A DNA stretch of 64,000 nucleotides from Camelus ferus. Lineage: Eukaryota. Below, piece after piece: positions 25,901 to 39,120 of this stretch; the stretch's first letter is position 1; every line of letters begins with the position of its first letter. The position numbers were made by a program, and so were the translations under genes. The DNA is taken from the NCBI RefSeq assembly GCF_009834535.1, contig NC_045696.1, forward strand, positions 31,436,001-31,500,000, given 5' to 3'. Below the pieces are notes generated by a model. The model was given only the letters and a program-made list of their open reading frames with translations. It was not told the DNA's origin and searched no databases.

Positions 25901-27214
25901 CCTGGAAAAAATCCATACTTATTTTCTATTATACATTTTAATGTAAGGAATTTTTGATGATAAAATTATTATTTAATTCTGACTAATGATTAGTATGATA
26001 ACTAATGTAGTAGACTGTCATTTTAAAATTCACAGCTATTCTCCTACTGCATATTCTAATACAAGTGATTTTTAGTGGCAAAAATTATCGGTGTTATAAG
26101 CAATCATAACAATCTATAATATCACAGTAAACTTTAGATAACATGGGAAATGTGATATATGGGCCTATGAGTTCTCCTACTGATATGATTTCATATCATG
26201 GAATAAAAGTGGCATTTTTGGGGTTATTTTCAAAATAAGATTGTACAGGATTTTAGTGAAAACTAAGTAGAGGAGAGAGAGAGAGAGCACACATGATTTA
26301 TTTAAATGACCCTAAGCCAGTAGAATGGTATTGCCAGGTCATCTAAAATATCATCAAAATAGTAAAAATAAGTAATTTTTTGACAGATACCTATATACTT
26401 TCTGAGGGGGAGGTAGGGTGGCAGGAGGAAAAAACTGGTCCTTGAAGCTCCTTCAACAAACAATTTCATATTCTAAAAAGATATAAAGGAATGCCAGGCA
26501 AAACTGTTTGATAAATAATAGCTTTAATTATTCAAAATTTATTTCTTATGTTTGTAAAAGTTTTGTCCATTTACTTTATAAAGAGAACCCTTATTTTCTT
26601 TATATTTATTTGATTTACTTCATCCTGAGCTTGAAGAATCTGTTGTCCTACTTACCAGGCTACAAAAAGTCATCCATGATTTGTGGGTTAAAAAGGGGGC
26701 GGTTTATTATTATCTCTTGCTCAAGCACTTTAACCTCCCTTGGCACTTGATTCATTAAATACTTGTATGGCCTTGGAAATTACTTTCAAACCTTTCAAAG
26801 TTAATTGAGCTCTAAACTAAGGTCCAAAGCATCTGTACTTTTCTCCTTTACTGAAATAAAATATAAATCAGTGAACCAGATAGTCTCCTACATTGCCAGT
26901 AAGTTTTGGAGTTTTCTGTAAGATTGTCACCGTATATGCTAAGATAGAATTATATTTTCCTTGACTGAAAAATGTTTTTTTATTCAACTCATGTGAGATG
27001 TTTTAAACTACTTTTTCTTTCCACTATGTTATAGCATTTATTTTTTTAATTAGGTTTCACATCCTAGCCAAAACAAACAAACTAACCAAAATAAACATAA
27101 AAACTAATGTGACCAGAGAGAGGAATCTAAGAAAATTATGAAAGGGACACAGGAATTTTCAAAGTCCACAAGTACATATCTGGAAAGTGTTCTTTTACCT
27201 TAGACTGCCTCACT

Positions 27215-27283
27215 CTATTTGTTCCTTTGTGAAAATATAACATTCAGATCCCCCTTTCCAGTCATGATGAAGTGACAGGAAAA

Positions 27284-27322
<39 letters not shown>

Positions 27323-27329
27323 CATATGT

Positions 27330-27374
<45 letters not shown>

Positions 27375-28660
27375 TTCTCAAATTGGACATCAGACATCAG
27401 GCAACAAGGGATAGTTATATCTGAGAGAAAGGAAATAAATGAGGTAATCACTACATTAGCCCCAGTTTACCAGGCTGTGATTACAGGGAAGGAATACTCA
27501 AACAGAATGAACAGTTTCTCTGAGTAAAAGAGACAGTGTTCAGAGTTCATGTTTGGTAAAATTCCCAGGGCAGGCAAGTGGAGTAAAGAGAGTTGCACAT
27601 AAATCGAGAGGGCTTTGGATTTCTGAGAGGGGTTCTTCTCTGGTCTTCAGTTGAGTTCAGATAAGTGCACACATCTGAGCTAATTCTCAAAGCCCACGGA
27701 GGGACCACCAGAAAGGATCAGGCATATCAATCACTAGAAAACACACAGGTCTGAGACTAGTTCATGATTCCACAAACTGGAGTGGAAATACTTGCAGAAT
27801 TAGAAATTCCTATGAACTTTAAAATAAAGCTAAGGATATTTTAAGAACAACTCCATGCCAGTATATTTGACTCCTTCAATGAAATGAACACTTTTTTTAT
27901 TTTGGAAGATACCTGAAACTTTGTTTGGAATAACAAGAATAACTCAATATCTATTTAGACACTCAATTTTTGTTTAAACCCTTTCCCACGAAAAAAGAAA
28001 ATCTAGGCTCAGATGGCTTTCCTGGTGAATTCCACCAAACGTTTGAGGAAAAACTAAATGACAATTTTACATGAAAATAAAAAAGGAGGAAAAACTTCCC
28101 AATTCATACTATGAGACCAGCATTGCTCTGACATCATTGTAAGGCACAGATATTGCAAATAAAGAAAACTATACACGAGAACTCTTTATGAATATAGATA
28201 TATACATTATCAACAAAATTTAGCCAATAAATCCAATAAAAATGAATAAAAAAATATAATGCAACATGACCAAATGGGCTATCCCAGAAATCCAATTTGG
28301 TCAAACAGTCAATCAATGTATTTGTCTATACTATCAATATAAACAAGAAAAGTTATATGATTATCTCAATGGATGGAGAACCATTTGATAAAATTCAATA
28401 TCTATTTTTGAAAAAACACTTTAGGCAAAGTAAGAAGGAGGTAAAACACCTTTTCAACTGATAAAGGGTATCTGTGAAAAATATACAGCTAACATATTTA
28501 TTGATGAAAACATGATTTTTTTCCACTTAAATTGGGAATTAAGCCAGGATATACACTACTATCCCTTCCATTCAGTCTTGTACTAGAGATTCTGGACTGC
28601 AATAAAGCAAAAAATGAAAATAAAAGGCATATATATTAAAATAGAAGAACAAAATCACCT
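27215..28660 (+). mobile_element. Old L1 (L1M-type): 5' region joined to an ORF2 RT-proximal fragment
   Basis: 27380-27790 resembles an L1M 5' end. 27840-28660 carries decayed ORF2 motifs (ggctcagatggctttcctggtgaattccaccaaacgtttgagg; ttcccaattcatactatgagaccagcatt; atatgattatctcaatggat; catttgataaaattcaata). Confidence 0.7.
27280..27370. repeat. Compound microsatellite: A-run, (TA)n, (CA)20
   Basis: Seen directly; (CA)20 at 27331-27370. Confidence 0.97.
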
Positions 28661-28934
28661 CTTTTCACTGTGAGAAATTAGATATATTCATTCTACAAAG
28701 ATAGAATTTGAGTAGTAAGTTATTTTAATCACATTTTTGTTATCCCTAAGTTAAAGGGAGAGGATAGATTTTCATATTTCTATAAAAATGCAATCAATGT
28801 AACTGTAGCTGAAAAACTGCCTCATGTGCCCAAGGCTTTCCAGAAAAATATATGCATCTATAGGTGAAAATTCTCAGATCATTACACTGAAATTCTTTTG
28901 TAGTTCATATTATTCATGGCAAATCATTTTCTCC

Positions 28935-29135
28935 TCAGCTTTACCATTAAGTTTGAACTTTTATATGTTTCATGTTATTACTTGACATCTTTTCATTTCA
29001 AATTCAAGAAGTCCCTTTAGCATTTCTTTTAAGGCAAGTCAAGTGGTGATGAACTCTGTCAGCTTTTGTGTGTTGAGAAAATCTTCATTTCTGAATAGCT
29101 TTGCAAGGTATAGGATTCTTCATGGAAAATTGTTT
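28935..29135 (-). mobile_element. L1 fragment, ORF1 C-terminus/spacer
   Basis: ccctttagcatttcttttaaggcaagtcaagtggtgatgaactctgtcagcttttg...gctttgcaaggtataggattct. Confidence 0.7.
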
Positions 29136-29749
29136 TAATTTGCCAAAATATTTTTTAAATACCAAAAATAAAAGAGTAGAAAACAAAGTAAAAACTCTTT
29201 ATTGATTTCATACTTTTGCTTTCTTTAAAATTTTTTGTTATAGTAAAATTATGCACATACACACACCCATATAATTTTGGTAACCAATAACGTGTGCCTT
29301 ACATTGTGATAATTACTTTATATACAAATTTCCATATATATCAGTTTTAATTTTAGGTATTTCAAGTCTCTTCTACTGGTCAATTTGCTTATTCTTGGGC
29401 TACAACAATATTTATATTTCTGCATATTTAATGTGTATTAATAATCTCTAGTGGATATCTCTGTCTTCCTCCCATCAGTAATCCACTGTTTCTCTAATAT
29501 TTATTATTTTGGAGTCTAGATAATTGGCAGAACTGTCTTAGAGTTAAAAACCATTGCAATAAGTTAAAAGGAATTACTAATTTTATAATATTAATTGTAG
29601 TATTATGGCCTCAAAATAGTAGGTCTTACCAATTTTCAACTATTCATATCAATACCTAAACTTCTGTGTGTTCTTCATATAAGTCTTCAAACTTCCATGC
29701 ACTTATTCCTAAAGAGTTTATGTATTGTATTAAGGCAACACATTTTTTG

Positions 29750-32700
29750 ATAAATTCTTAAAAGACAACTAGACAGTAAATTAAAAGCTATTTTTCTATA
29801 AATATCTCAAACAAGGGATGCAACTCTTTTGTATTTTGCTTAGTAGATCAATGAAAGAAACAGAAATTCAGATGGAATTGCAAGCAAAACTTAACTATAT
29901 GCATTATATAAATGACTATAAAAATTTTTGACACTAAAAGACTTATAATAAAATCATAGCCAGAGACATATTATAAAATTGCAATTAAAAAGGTGAAAAA
30001 TAAAAAGGTAAAATTTCAATATTAGTATCAGATTAAGTAGAATTTGAAGTAAAAATTATTTTGAAAAAATCAGGGAAGTCACTTATGATTATGATTGTTA
30101 TCTGTGGGTCAAATAAAGTAGACACTATTCAAAAAACAAGACATTCATGAAGAAGATAAGAAATTGTGTAGTATGTGTAGTAGAAACATATGTGTAGTAG
30201 ACATTATTAATTCAGCTTTTTCAGTCTAAGATAGACCAAGTGGATGAACAATAAAAACGGACTTGAAAATAAATAAATAAAGCAATAAAATTAAATGTAA
30301 CTAACTGCATATCTTAAAGGAGAGAATATATTTATTTTAAAGTTTCTAAGGAAAAATTCATAATAATTGGCATTAAAATGAACAAGTTATGATAAGTACA
30401 AATGGCAGAAATAATTTTTTAATGGCAAAGATAGAAAAGGTGGAACCTAATACTATAGAAATATTCATGGTTAAAAAATCTAACTCCTGGAAATTTATGA
30501 CAAAAGGAACAAAAAGTATTAAAAACCCATCTTTCTTAAGCGATAAAGGAAGATTTCTAATACAAAGTTTTGGAATATTGATTGAGAATAATGATAAAAT
30601 TTCTTCAAATCAGAAACTCTAAAAGCAAAAACATCTTAGCTTAAAAAAAAAAACCTATGGAATAGTAAAAATAAGTGAATTATGTATTCAATTCAAAAAG
30701 GTTAAAAAAAATGATTAGGTACTTTGTACAATAAGGTAGGACATCACACCCTCCCACCTCAAGTAAAAGAGCATAACAAAGGATTTAATAGAGATGAAAT
30801 TATACCATAACTTAGAAAAACATAAAACATGATAAATGTATAAAGCCATGAACTATTTCTTTGGAAAATAAATGGACATACCTTCTAACCAAACTAGTCA
30901 AGGACAAAGTGGGAAATTGTCAGACATAGACAATAAAACAAGAATGGAGCAACTACACTTTACAACTTTAACCAAATAAATTGGAAAACACAGGTAAAAT
31001 AAATGACATTCTAGATAAATATAAATGGTCAATCCCAGTAAAAAGAAGGTACATTTAAAAAAATAGAAATCAAATTTACTTGTGAACACCAAAGCAAAAG
31101 AATTCAGATAAAAGATAAATAGCATCAAGAATCAATATAAAAGAATAATACTTCATGATCAATTAAGGTTTTCTAGAGCAATACAAAAATTAATATAAGG
31201 AAATCCATTAAAATAAATCAAAATATTGACATATAATGAAAAAAGGTGAACATCTCTATATACTAAAAAAAAACTGTAAAAGAATCAGTATTTACACTAA
31301 AATTTCATAATAAAAGAGTAATAGAATAGTGATCTATTTATATTTGTAAACTGACTAAAAATGTTTTTCTCATTTAAATGAGGGAAGAGATGAGGATGCC
31401 ATAACTTACCAATTAAAAAAAAAAATTAAACAACAAAGGTTAATAGCAGAGACAACCAGATAATAGAGAGCTATAAATAAATGTAAGAAAGTCATGTGTA
31501 TAAACTCGAATTCACAGAAAATATGATTGTTTCTCTGGAAAGCCTAAAAGGATCAACTAAAAATCTATCACATATGGCATAACAATTCAATGAATTTTGG
31601 GGTGTAATATGTATAAATCAATTCCTTAATAAATAATGTTTAAAACATTATTTAAACTGGATCAAAATACCCACTTAAATAGCAACAAAATATGGCATAA
31701 CTAGGAAAAATTAACAAGAAATATATAGGATTTATATAATGAAAAATTTTAAATGCTACTAAGGGATAGCAAATAACTCAAACAAATGTCAAAGCATTAT
31801 ATGGTTGTGAAGCAGAACATAACATCATAATATGTCAGTTCACTCTAAAGAAAATCTAGAAATCTAAAACCAAAACTAGGTTTTTAAAGATCTAAAGAGA
31901 TTTTGGGGGAAATATACACAAAATGTTATGATAACTCACAGAGAAAAAAATGTGACAATGAGTGTGTATATGTCCATGAATGACTGAAAAATTGTGCTGA
32001 ACACTGGAATTGGACACAACATTGTAAAATGATTATAAATCAGTAAAAAATGTTAAAAAAAAGAATGAATACAAATAAAACTGGGAAATCTGAATATGAA
32101 AAAAAAAGATTTTGGGGGAATAAATGGAATGAGCCAGATACACTAATATTAGTAAGAAATAAATAAAAATATCAATAATATTTAGAGTATAGAGAGTAGA
32201 TTATTCTGATCTGTCATTATTTTGAATTTTCAAGCTTAAATAATCAAAACATTGTAATTGTGTTAGACTTGTGGAACACAGTATCCACATACAATCTCAC
32301 TACATAGAAGAATACAAAATATTATAAAAGTCTTATTCATAGTCCATAAGTAAAGATGTATTTTTTATATTAAAAAGTTAGAAAAACAAGAACAACTTAT
32401 TCAGAGAGCAGAATTGAATTACAAGGGATTCAAAATTTAGAAGTTAAAAATAAGACCATACAGTTATTATATGATAGCAAAGAACAACATAGAAGGCTTT
32501 CTTCATAAAAATAACATAAACCCAGTTGCCTTGAGAAAAAGGATGGGTACCTCTGCATATACAAAAAATAAACATTTCAACTGTGAAACAAAACACAGTA
32601 AAAGAGTCAAAAACACATTCCAAAAAACCGAAAATGTTTATAATTCATCAAAAAGAACAGAGCTAAGAATTGTCTTAATATTGAAAAGCTCTTAAAATAA

Positions 32701-32880
32701 GTGTGAATAATGATTTAAACTTGTAGAAAAATTAACATAAGGTATAAATGGATACAGCAAATGAAATACAACTTCTCTTAAACATGAAAAATGCTATACT
32801 GAACAGACAAAAGAAGATAGTGCTCAAAATTATGAAAATAGTATTTCATCCATAAAATTTTCAAATATTAGAAAGCTAAT
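29750..32880 (+). mobile_element. Very old L1 (L1ME/L1M5) ORF2 remnant
   Basis: A-rich plus strand with decayed ORF2 motifs (attcacagaaaatatgattgtttctctggaaagcctaaaaggatcaac; aatagcaacaaaata...ctaggaaaaattaacaagaaatatataggatttatata). Continues at 33810-33970 and 34500-34980. Confidence 0.6.
31912..32106 (+). mobile_element. Short young L1 3' end with 3'-transduced flank and two A tracts
   Basis: 31912-32062 is homologous to 14401-14555. Exact 14-bp TSD agattttgggggaa at 31898-31911 and 32107-32120. Confidence 0.85.
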
Positions 32881-33805
32881 CAAAACAAGTGGATTATATC
32901 AAGCTATAAAGCTTCTATACAGCAAAGGAAAGCATCAATAAAATAAAATGGCAACCTAAAGAATGGGAGAAATATTTGCAAATCATATATCTGATGAGGG
33001 GTTTGTAGTCAAAATAAATAAAAAATTCGGGCTACTCAATAGCAAAAAAATAAACAATCTGATTAAAAAATGAGCAGGAAATCTAAATAAATATTTTTCT
33101 ACAGAAGACATAAAAATGGCCAACAAGTATATGAGAAGGTGCTCAATATCACTAATCATCAGGGAAATACAAATCAAAACCACAGTCACATATCACCTCA
33201 CACCTGTCAGAATGGCTATTATGAAAAAGACAAGAGAAAACAAGTGTTGGCAAAGATGTGAAGAAAATGGAATCCTTGTGCACTGTTGGTAGGAATGTAA
33301 GTTGGTGCAGTTACTATGAAAAACTCTATGGTGAATCCTTAAAAAATTAAAAAGAGAATTACCACAACTTGAAGGCATTATGCTATGTGATTTAAGTCAG
33401 GCAGAGAAAAACAAGCACTGTATGATATCACTCACATGTAAAATCTTAAAAAAATAAAAATAAAAAGTAAAAGCAACCTCACAGATAGAACAGATTGGTG
33501 GTTACTGGAGGCTAGGGGTAGGTGAAATGAGTGAAGGGAACCAAAAGGTACAAACTTCCAGCTATAAAAATAAATACTGCATGACAATTATAGTTAATAA
33601 TACTGTATTGTATATTTAAAAGTGTCAAAAAGAGTAAATTTTAAAGGTTTTCATTGGAATAAACAAATGTATAACTATGTATGGTGATGGATGTTTACTA
33701 GACTTATTTTGGTGATCATTTCACAATATACACAATTATCAAATCATTATGTTGTACATCTGAAACTAATATAATGTGGTATGTTAATTATACCTACTTT
33801 TTTTA
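32880..33805 (+). mobile_element. L1MA9-like ORF2 end and 3' UTR with an internal deletion near 33366
   Basis: aacaagtggattatatcaagc...gaatgggagaaatatttgcaaatcatatatctgatg...cacctcacacctgtcagaatggct; jumps from gaattaccaca to cttgaaggcattatgct. Confidence 0.85.
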
Positions 33806-34006
33806 AGTTTGATAAATCCTTGAGTTGGAATGGGTTTCACAAATAGGCACTCTCAATATTGCTGGAGAGAGTGGAAACTACACATTGCAATAGAACAGTT
33901 TGGAAATGTCTATCAAAATTAAAAATACTCAAATGTAACTCAGCAATTTTGTTACTGGAAACATATTGTCCAGTTAAAATCACATTGGGACTTTTGAATA
34001 TAGACA

Positions 34007-34499
34007 TATTGGGAGACAACCTGCCAAAAGTCTTTCACATTTCCATAAGTCTTGTGAACAGAGTCACTCATAGTCTTCTGCTCTAGACACTCTCTTCCAG
34101 GAAGTTTGTATACTGAACAGCTTTGGAAAACAGAGATAATGTTCCCTCCAGAGCAAATGTCAGTTTTGTTCACTGTCCTGTATAATAAGGCAATGTCTCA
34201 CTCTGGGGCAAAATTTGGGTGGTGGACTTACTGCCCTGAGTTTTATAAACTCAGAGTTATTCTTAGGTAACCCTACTCACTCAGTGTGCAGGTGTCACCT
34301 GCCTCTCTTCACATCACCCTGTGCCCCTGTGCAAACTGGGGTCCCAGGAATTAGAGCAAATGCCATACTCCATTTAAGAGTAATGTCTTTTATCTCTGAC
34401 TCAGGAGTCTCATATCTTTTGCCAGCATCCATAAAACTGTGGCATTATAAATTTTAAATTTGAAAGTAGGGTAAATTTTCAGACTACTCCCACTGTTGA
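34007..34499 (+). mobile_element. ERVL-class solo LTR, MER77-like
   Basis: Starts tattgggagacaa; gaacagctttggaaaacagagataatgttccctccagagcaaa; ttatctctgactcaggagtctcat; gtagggtaaa near the end. Confidence 0.65.
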
Positions 34500-36195
34500 T
34501 GTAATAATCAATAGATTATTATTTGCAATATCAAATTATATTGAAATCTAAATGTCCAGCATAAGATACAGGTTAAATATATCATATCTATAATTTTTAT
34601 ACATAGATACATATATACACATATAATTTATATATATAATTATATATATAAAAGATATATCCAAAATTGAATATTAAGTCACTGAAAGTAAAGTTAGCTG
34701 TATATTTACTGATACGAAACAATCCCCAAATATATATTTTAACGAAAAAAATCAGGCCAAAACATTTTGCAACTTTTAATACCATGTGTGTAAACAAAAC
34801 AAGACAGAGAGAGTGAGACACACACACATAAATATGCATGCTTCTATTTGGCAGAGTAGGCAAGTAGAAAAGTTGGTATCAATATATTTTGAGGAAGAAA
34901 ACCGATTAGCAGTTTGTTCCTTCTGAATTATATATCATTCATTTGTACCAATACAGAAGTAATAAATAAAACATTTTAATGGCAAACCATTTGTGTATTC
35001 ATGTATCAGAATAACAATTAGTTTCACTTCTTTCTTTCTTCATCTAAATTTTCTTAAATTGTATGTATACCACTTGTATGAAAAGTTGGCATTAGATAGG
35101 AATTTTGGGAAAGTAATACCTTTATTATAATTTCTAATATAGTTGAGCTACCATATACAATTCATGGAAAATAATGATTTAGTGCTAGAATGGTTTGAAT
35201 ACAAACATAAATAAGACATTTATGGTATTTACAATGAAAATATTTGATAGAGACATACAAATCTAAAACATTTAAGTTTAGTGATATAATAGAAGCATGC
35301 ACAGGACATAAGGGTCACTATTTACAACAAAAGTGAAGAAATAAGATTTCAATTAAGACTTGAGTATGATTTTTAAAAATTATATGTATATTTAAATTAG
35401 AAAAGGACTAAAAATAAATAATTTGAGTAGAGTATAAAGACAGGGAGAGCTGAGGTATGTATGGGGATTTGAGCCTGGTATAGTTTCCATGGCAAGATGT
35501 GCCAGTGTTTGAGGTGGAAGGATGGAGCATAACTTATAAGAGGAGGAGTGTGTGTATAAGAAGGGCACTTAAGGAGGTATTGCTGTAACACTCAATGAGC
35601 AAGTTAATGATGGCCTGTCATGTTCCAGTGAAATGGGGAATACTTAGCAGTAGCAACCAAAAGACAAAAAACATTACCCAGGTGTTAAGTCTTGAGAATT
35701 TACATTAGGAAATATAAAGGGGGGCGCCAGCAGTAAGGTAGCTGTTGAGTGAAATTTTAAGCATTTGATTTTGCCAAATTGTCATTACATTTGCATAACT
35801 ATGTCCAACAATAAACTATAAAATAAGTTTGGAATTCAGAAAAAAATAATGTCCCTAAATTATTACAAATTGTGATAATAGTTACAAATTGTGAACAAAA
35901 TGTGGTAAATCAAGAGTTAAATATAGCATGATTATAGAAAAGAAACCAAAACAATTATTTTTGGAATATCAGTATTTAAATATTAAGCACAGGAAGGCTA
36001 TCCATGAAGGAAAAGGAAGACTGCTTTGAAGAAAACAAACAAACAAAAAAAGTAGATTTCAATGCTACAGAATAAGAAAAATGAAAAGTTCAGATAGGAA
36101 GGATTAGTCATCTCTATACAATGTACAATGTGTTTTTAAATGCATTTAAAAGTCTGATTTAAAAGAAGCTATTTAGATTAAAAAGTCATTGTGAG

Positions 36196-36810
36196 ACCGA
36201 ATCAATGATGCATGCCCATTTTCCCAACTCTCATCTACTAATCATATTTATAACTCCAGGAAATGTTGTAAGAAACAACAAAAGGAAAACTTAAAGGGGT
36301 TAAAGAGAAGGCAGCCTGCTTATGGACCCAAAGTCTGGAGGATAGTGTGTCTGGCATCACTTCAACTAACAGAAGACAACCACCCAAATCCAGTGCTTTC
36401 TAACTTTTATCCTAGCAAGAAATGACAGCCTATGTAGGCTTATCTTCTCCTGGATTGAAATGACAGTCCCTCTAGCAAGATCCTGTGAACCCAACACCAC
36501 AGGTGAGATGGAACTGGAAGCTCCGTCATAAATAACTCCAGGTGAAATAATACCCTTCCCTACCAAACATATGTCTATGTCTATGTTCTGCCAAGAGATA
36601 ATGGGGGTAAACAAGCAGAACAAGCAAGACAAACTCAGCTACAGCAGGTGGCATACTCCAGGAAGCCTTTAGACTCTACGGACTAAGACTCTTCTCCACA
36701 CAGAGACGTTGGTATAGGCAGACAGAACAGGAAAAAGAGGTCCAATTTTAGCTAGTGACCCAGAATAGGAAGTCTCTTTGTCACAGTGGGCCCAAGACTT
36801 TCCTCCCGAC
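36196..36810 (+). mobile_element. Old L1 (L1MC/L1MD-type) 5' end
   Basis: Resembles an L1M 5' UTR (aaaggaaaacttaaaggggttaaagagaaggcag...). Begins right after the putative TSD. Confidence 0.5.
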
Positions 36811-36811
36811 A

Positions 36812-38770
36812 GGTAATCCTTGGGGTCTTGTTTTAACACCTAGGATTGCTGGTAACCACCTTGCGATGTCATTGTCTTGGTTCAAAGTTCTCCAGAAAGC
36901 TTTCTACTTCATAGTGTTGTCTGCCCTTCATGACTCTCAAGAGAACCTGTTTCAAGTCTTCAACTGGAGTGGACTTTTATTCAGAGTAGCTTTTGCATCT
37001 TTTTAGTTTAGAGATGTGAATTTGGGGTTTGGTGGTAATGTTTAGTGGTAAAAAGTACACTGTAAGGGTTCATCCAACAAGGCCCTTAAGATTCATTTTC
37101 TGGTGACTTGTTTCCAGAGAACAAAGTTTCTAACGCTGGAGGAAAAGTAGCCTCTATTTGTGGTAAGTTTGCATATAATTAATCAGTCCCTTATGGTATT
37201 TTAGAATATCTGAATTCGCCGGGTTTGAGTCTTTGAGAATCTAGGCAGATAGGGAATGTTCATGGGTCATCCACTTATTTTTTATGGAGTCACTGGTGTA
37301 ATTCATCAGGACAGGACTGGAGGGCAATCAAGGCTAAAGGGTAAAACTTTAGGTCATGGGAGATTGAGTTTTTCCGTCAGTTTAGCATGTTTTAATTTTA
37401 ATAATCTAATTAGCTCTCTATTATTTCAGATGACTGAAGATGATAAGGATAACATATTTTGGGTGAGTAAGGAAGAACTGTTGGATTTCTTCAGTTACTG
37501 TACCAGTGGAAAATGTGGCGAACATTTGCTTTGATAAAAGTTTAACAGCAATAATGGCACCAGTCCTCTTAAAAGAGGCAGTGAAAGGACATGTACATGA
37601 TTGCAAGAATCTATTTTCAACCATGAGATTTAGAGAGATGAATAAAATCTATTTATAAATTAAGCAAAGGTCTTAAACATCTGTGTATTAATAAAACTCC
37701 ATAGGTAACTGATGAGAAATCTCAACTGGAAACCACTGGTCTGTAATATAATGGTTTTAAATTAAAGAAGTAAAATTGTGACCAGGTTAATTACAAAATA
37801 ATTGAGATGATAGGCAATAACACTGGATTATCTAACATCAGACACAGCAGAATTAGAACTCTGATAAATTGAAATATATGGGCAATGAGGGCATTGTCAA
37901 AACTCTAGGCATATTATATGTTTTAAATATTTATACCAATAATATTACAAATAACATTACTGATACAAATTTGATCTAGGGAAGGGTAAGTATTTTTAAA
38001 ATTTGACAATACTTTCTAAGTGTATAATAATATTAAATAAGCCTAATTATTTTTATTACATCTCTTTTACAAAATGGACCAACAAATCTTTTGTGATTTT
38101 TCCAGAGGCCCTCTGGGAAATACTAGAGTTAGTTTTATGTGTAAAGATGTCATTAGATTTGGGGAACGCAAAATGTTAAAAGTTGCCTGGAGGTTTGAAC
38201 ACTTAGCTAAACAGGATCACTGAGAAACAATACTTGGCTACCTGTTTAATTACATTGACAATAAAAGATTTTAAAAGTAAATATATAAGGTAATCTGACT
38301 GTAAAAACAAAAACAAAAAACCTCATCTTTTTAAGTGAGAAGACTTAGTTTTCATAAATAATTAGGGACATGATAAAGTCAACCTAAAGCACTGAAAATT
38401 ATTCTGGTTGGACTAGAATCTTTGCCTGCTAGGTAGGTTACAAAGAAGGTAAAGAAAATCTTTACAACCTCTTAAAAACAGACCAATATCCAAGAAAGTG
38501 TTTTTCTATTAATAGAGAAAAAAACAAATTCTAGTTTTGCTTCACTATACTATTTGAGAGTAAAGCTATTTTTTAAAATTTTATAAATAAACCCATTCCA
38601 TTTTATTTGCACGACAAAATTTGTTTTTTGTGAAAATTTTGTAACAGTTTATATCTATTCAGGTTTTGTCATAGTCATCTATTTCCTCTTTCTTTTTCTA
38701 GAACAATCAGTCATTTTACTTTAGGATGAAATTAGTCTTCTTTTTCTTAAAAAAGACAAAACAAAACACA
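36812..38770 (-). mobile_element. ERV1 internal fragment (MER4-group-like) with decayed integrase; no LTRs seen
   Basis: Minus strand ~37460-36985 translates with frameshifts as YPYHLQSSEIIE...LLKLKHAKLTEKLNLP*PKVLP...QIHISKLK, matching gammaretroviral integrase motifs (PYHPQSSGKVER, LPWPKVLPLAL, WIHIS). 37625-38770 is AT-rich internal sequence. Confidence 0.75.
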
Positions 38771-38774
38771 CAGG

Positions 38775-39120
38775 AAGATTATTGTTCAAATAGAAAAGAA
38801 CCAGGAAGTTTCTAGGTGTTATAGACAGAGGCAGGATGCAGGAGGGAAGTAGGTACGATTTTACAATGAAGAATGTTTTTAGTGTTGGAAATATTCTGTA
38901 TCTTGACTATGGTGGTGGATACAGGACCTGCACAGGGAAATCTGAATAAGGCTCATGGATTGCATAAATGCAGTACCTGGTTGTGATATTACACTATCAA
39001 TTTGGACAATATTACCATTGAGAAAACTGGATAAAATACATGAGGGATCTACTCATATTACTTCCTACAACTGCAGGTGAAGCTACAATCATCACAATAA
39101 AAATTTCAATTCATAAAAAA
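38775..39120 (+). mobile_element. L1MC/L1MD-type 3' end
   Basis: tggaaatattctgtatcttgactatggtggtggatacagg...gaaatctgaataagg...ttaccattgagaaaactggataaa...caactgcaggtgaagctacaat...aataaaaatttcaatt. Confidence 0.8.
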
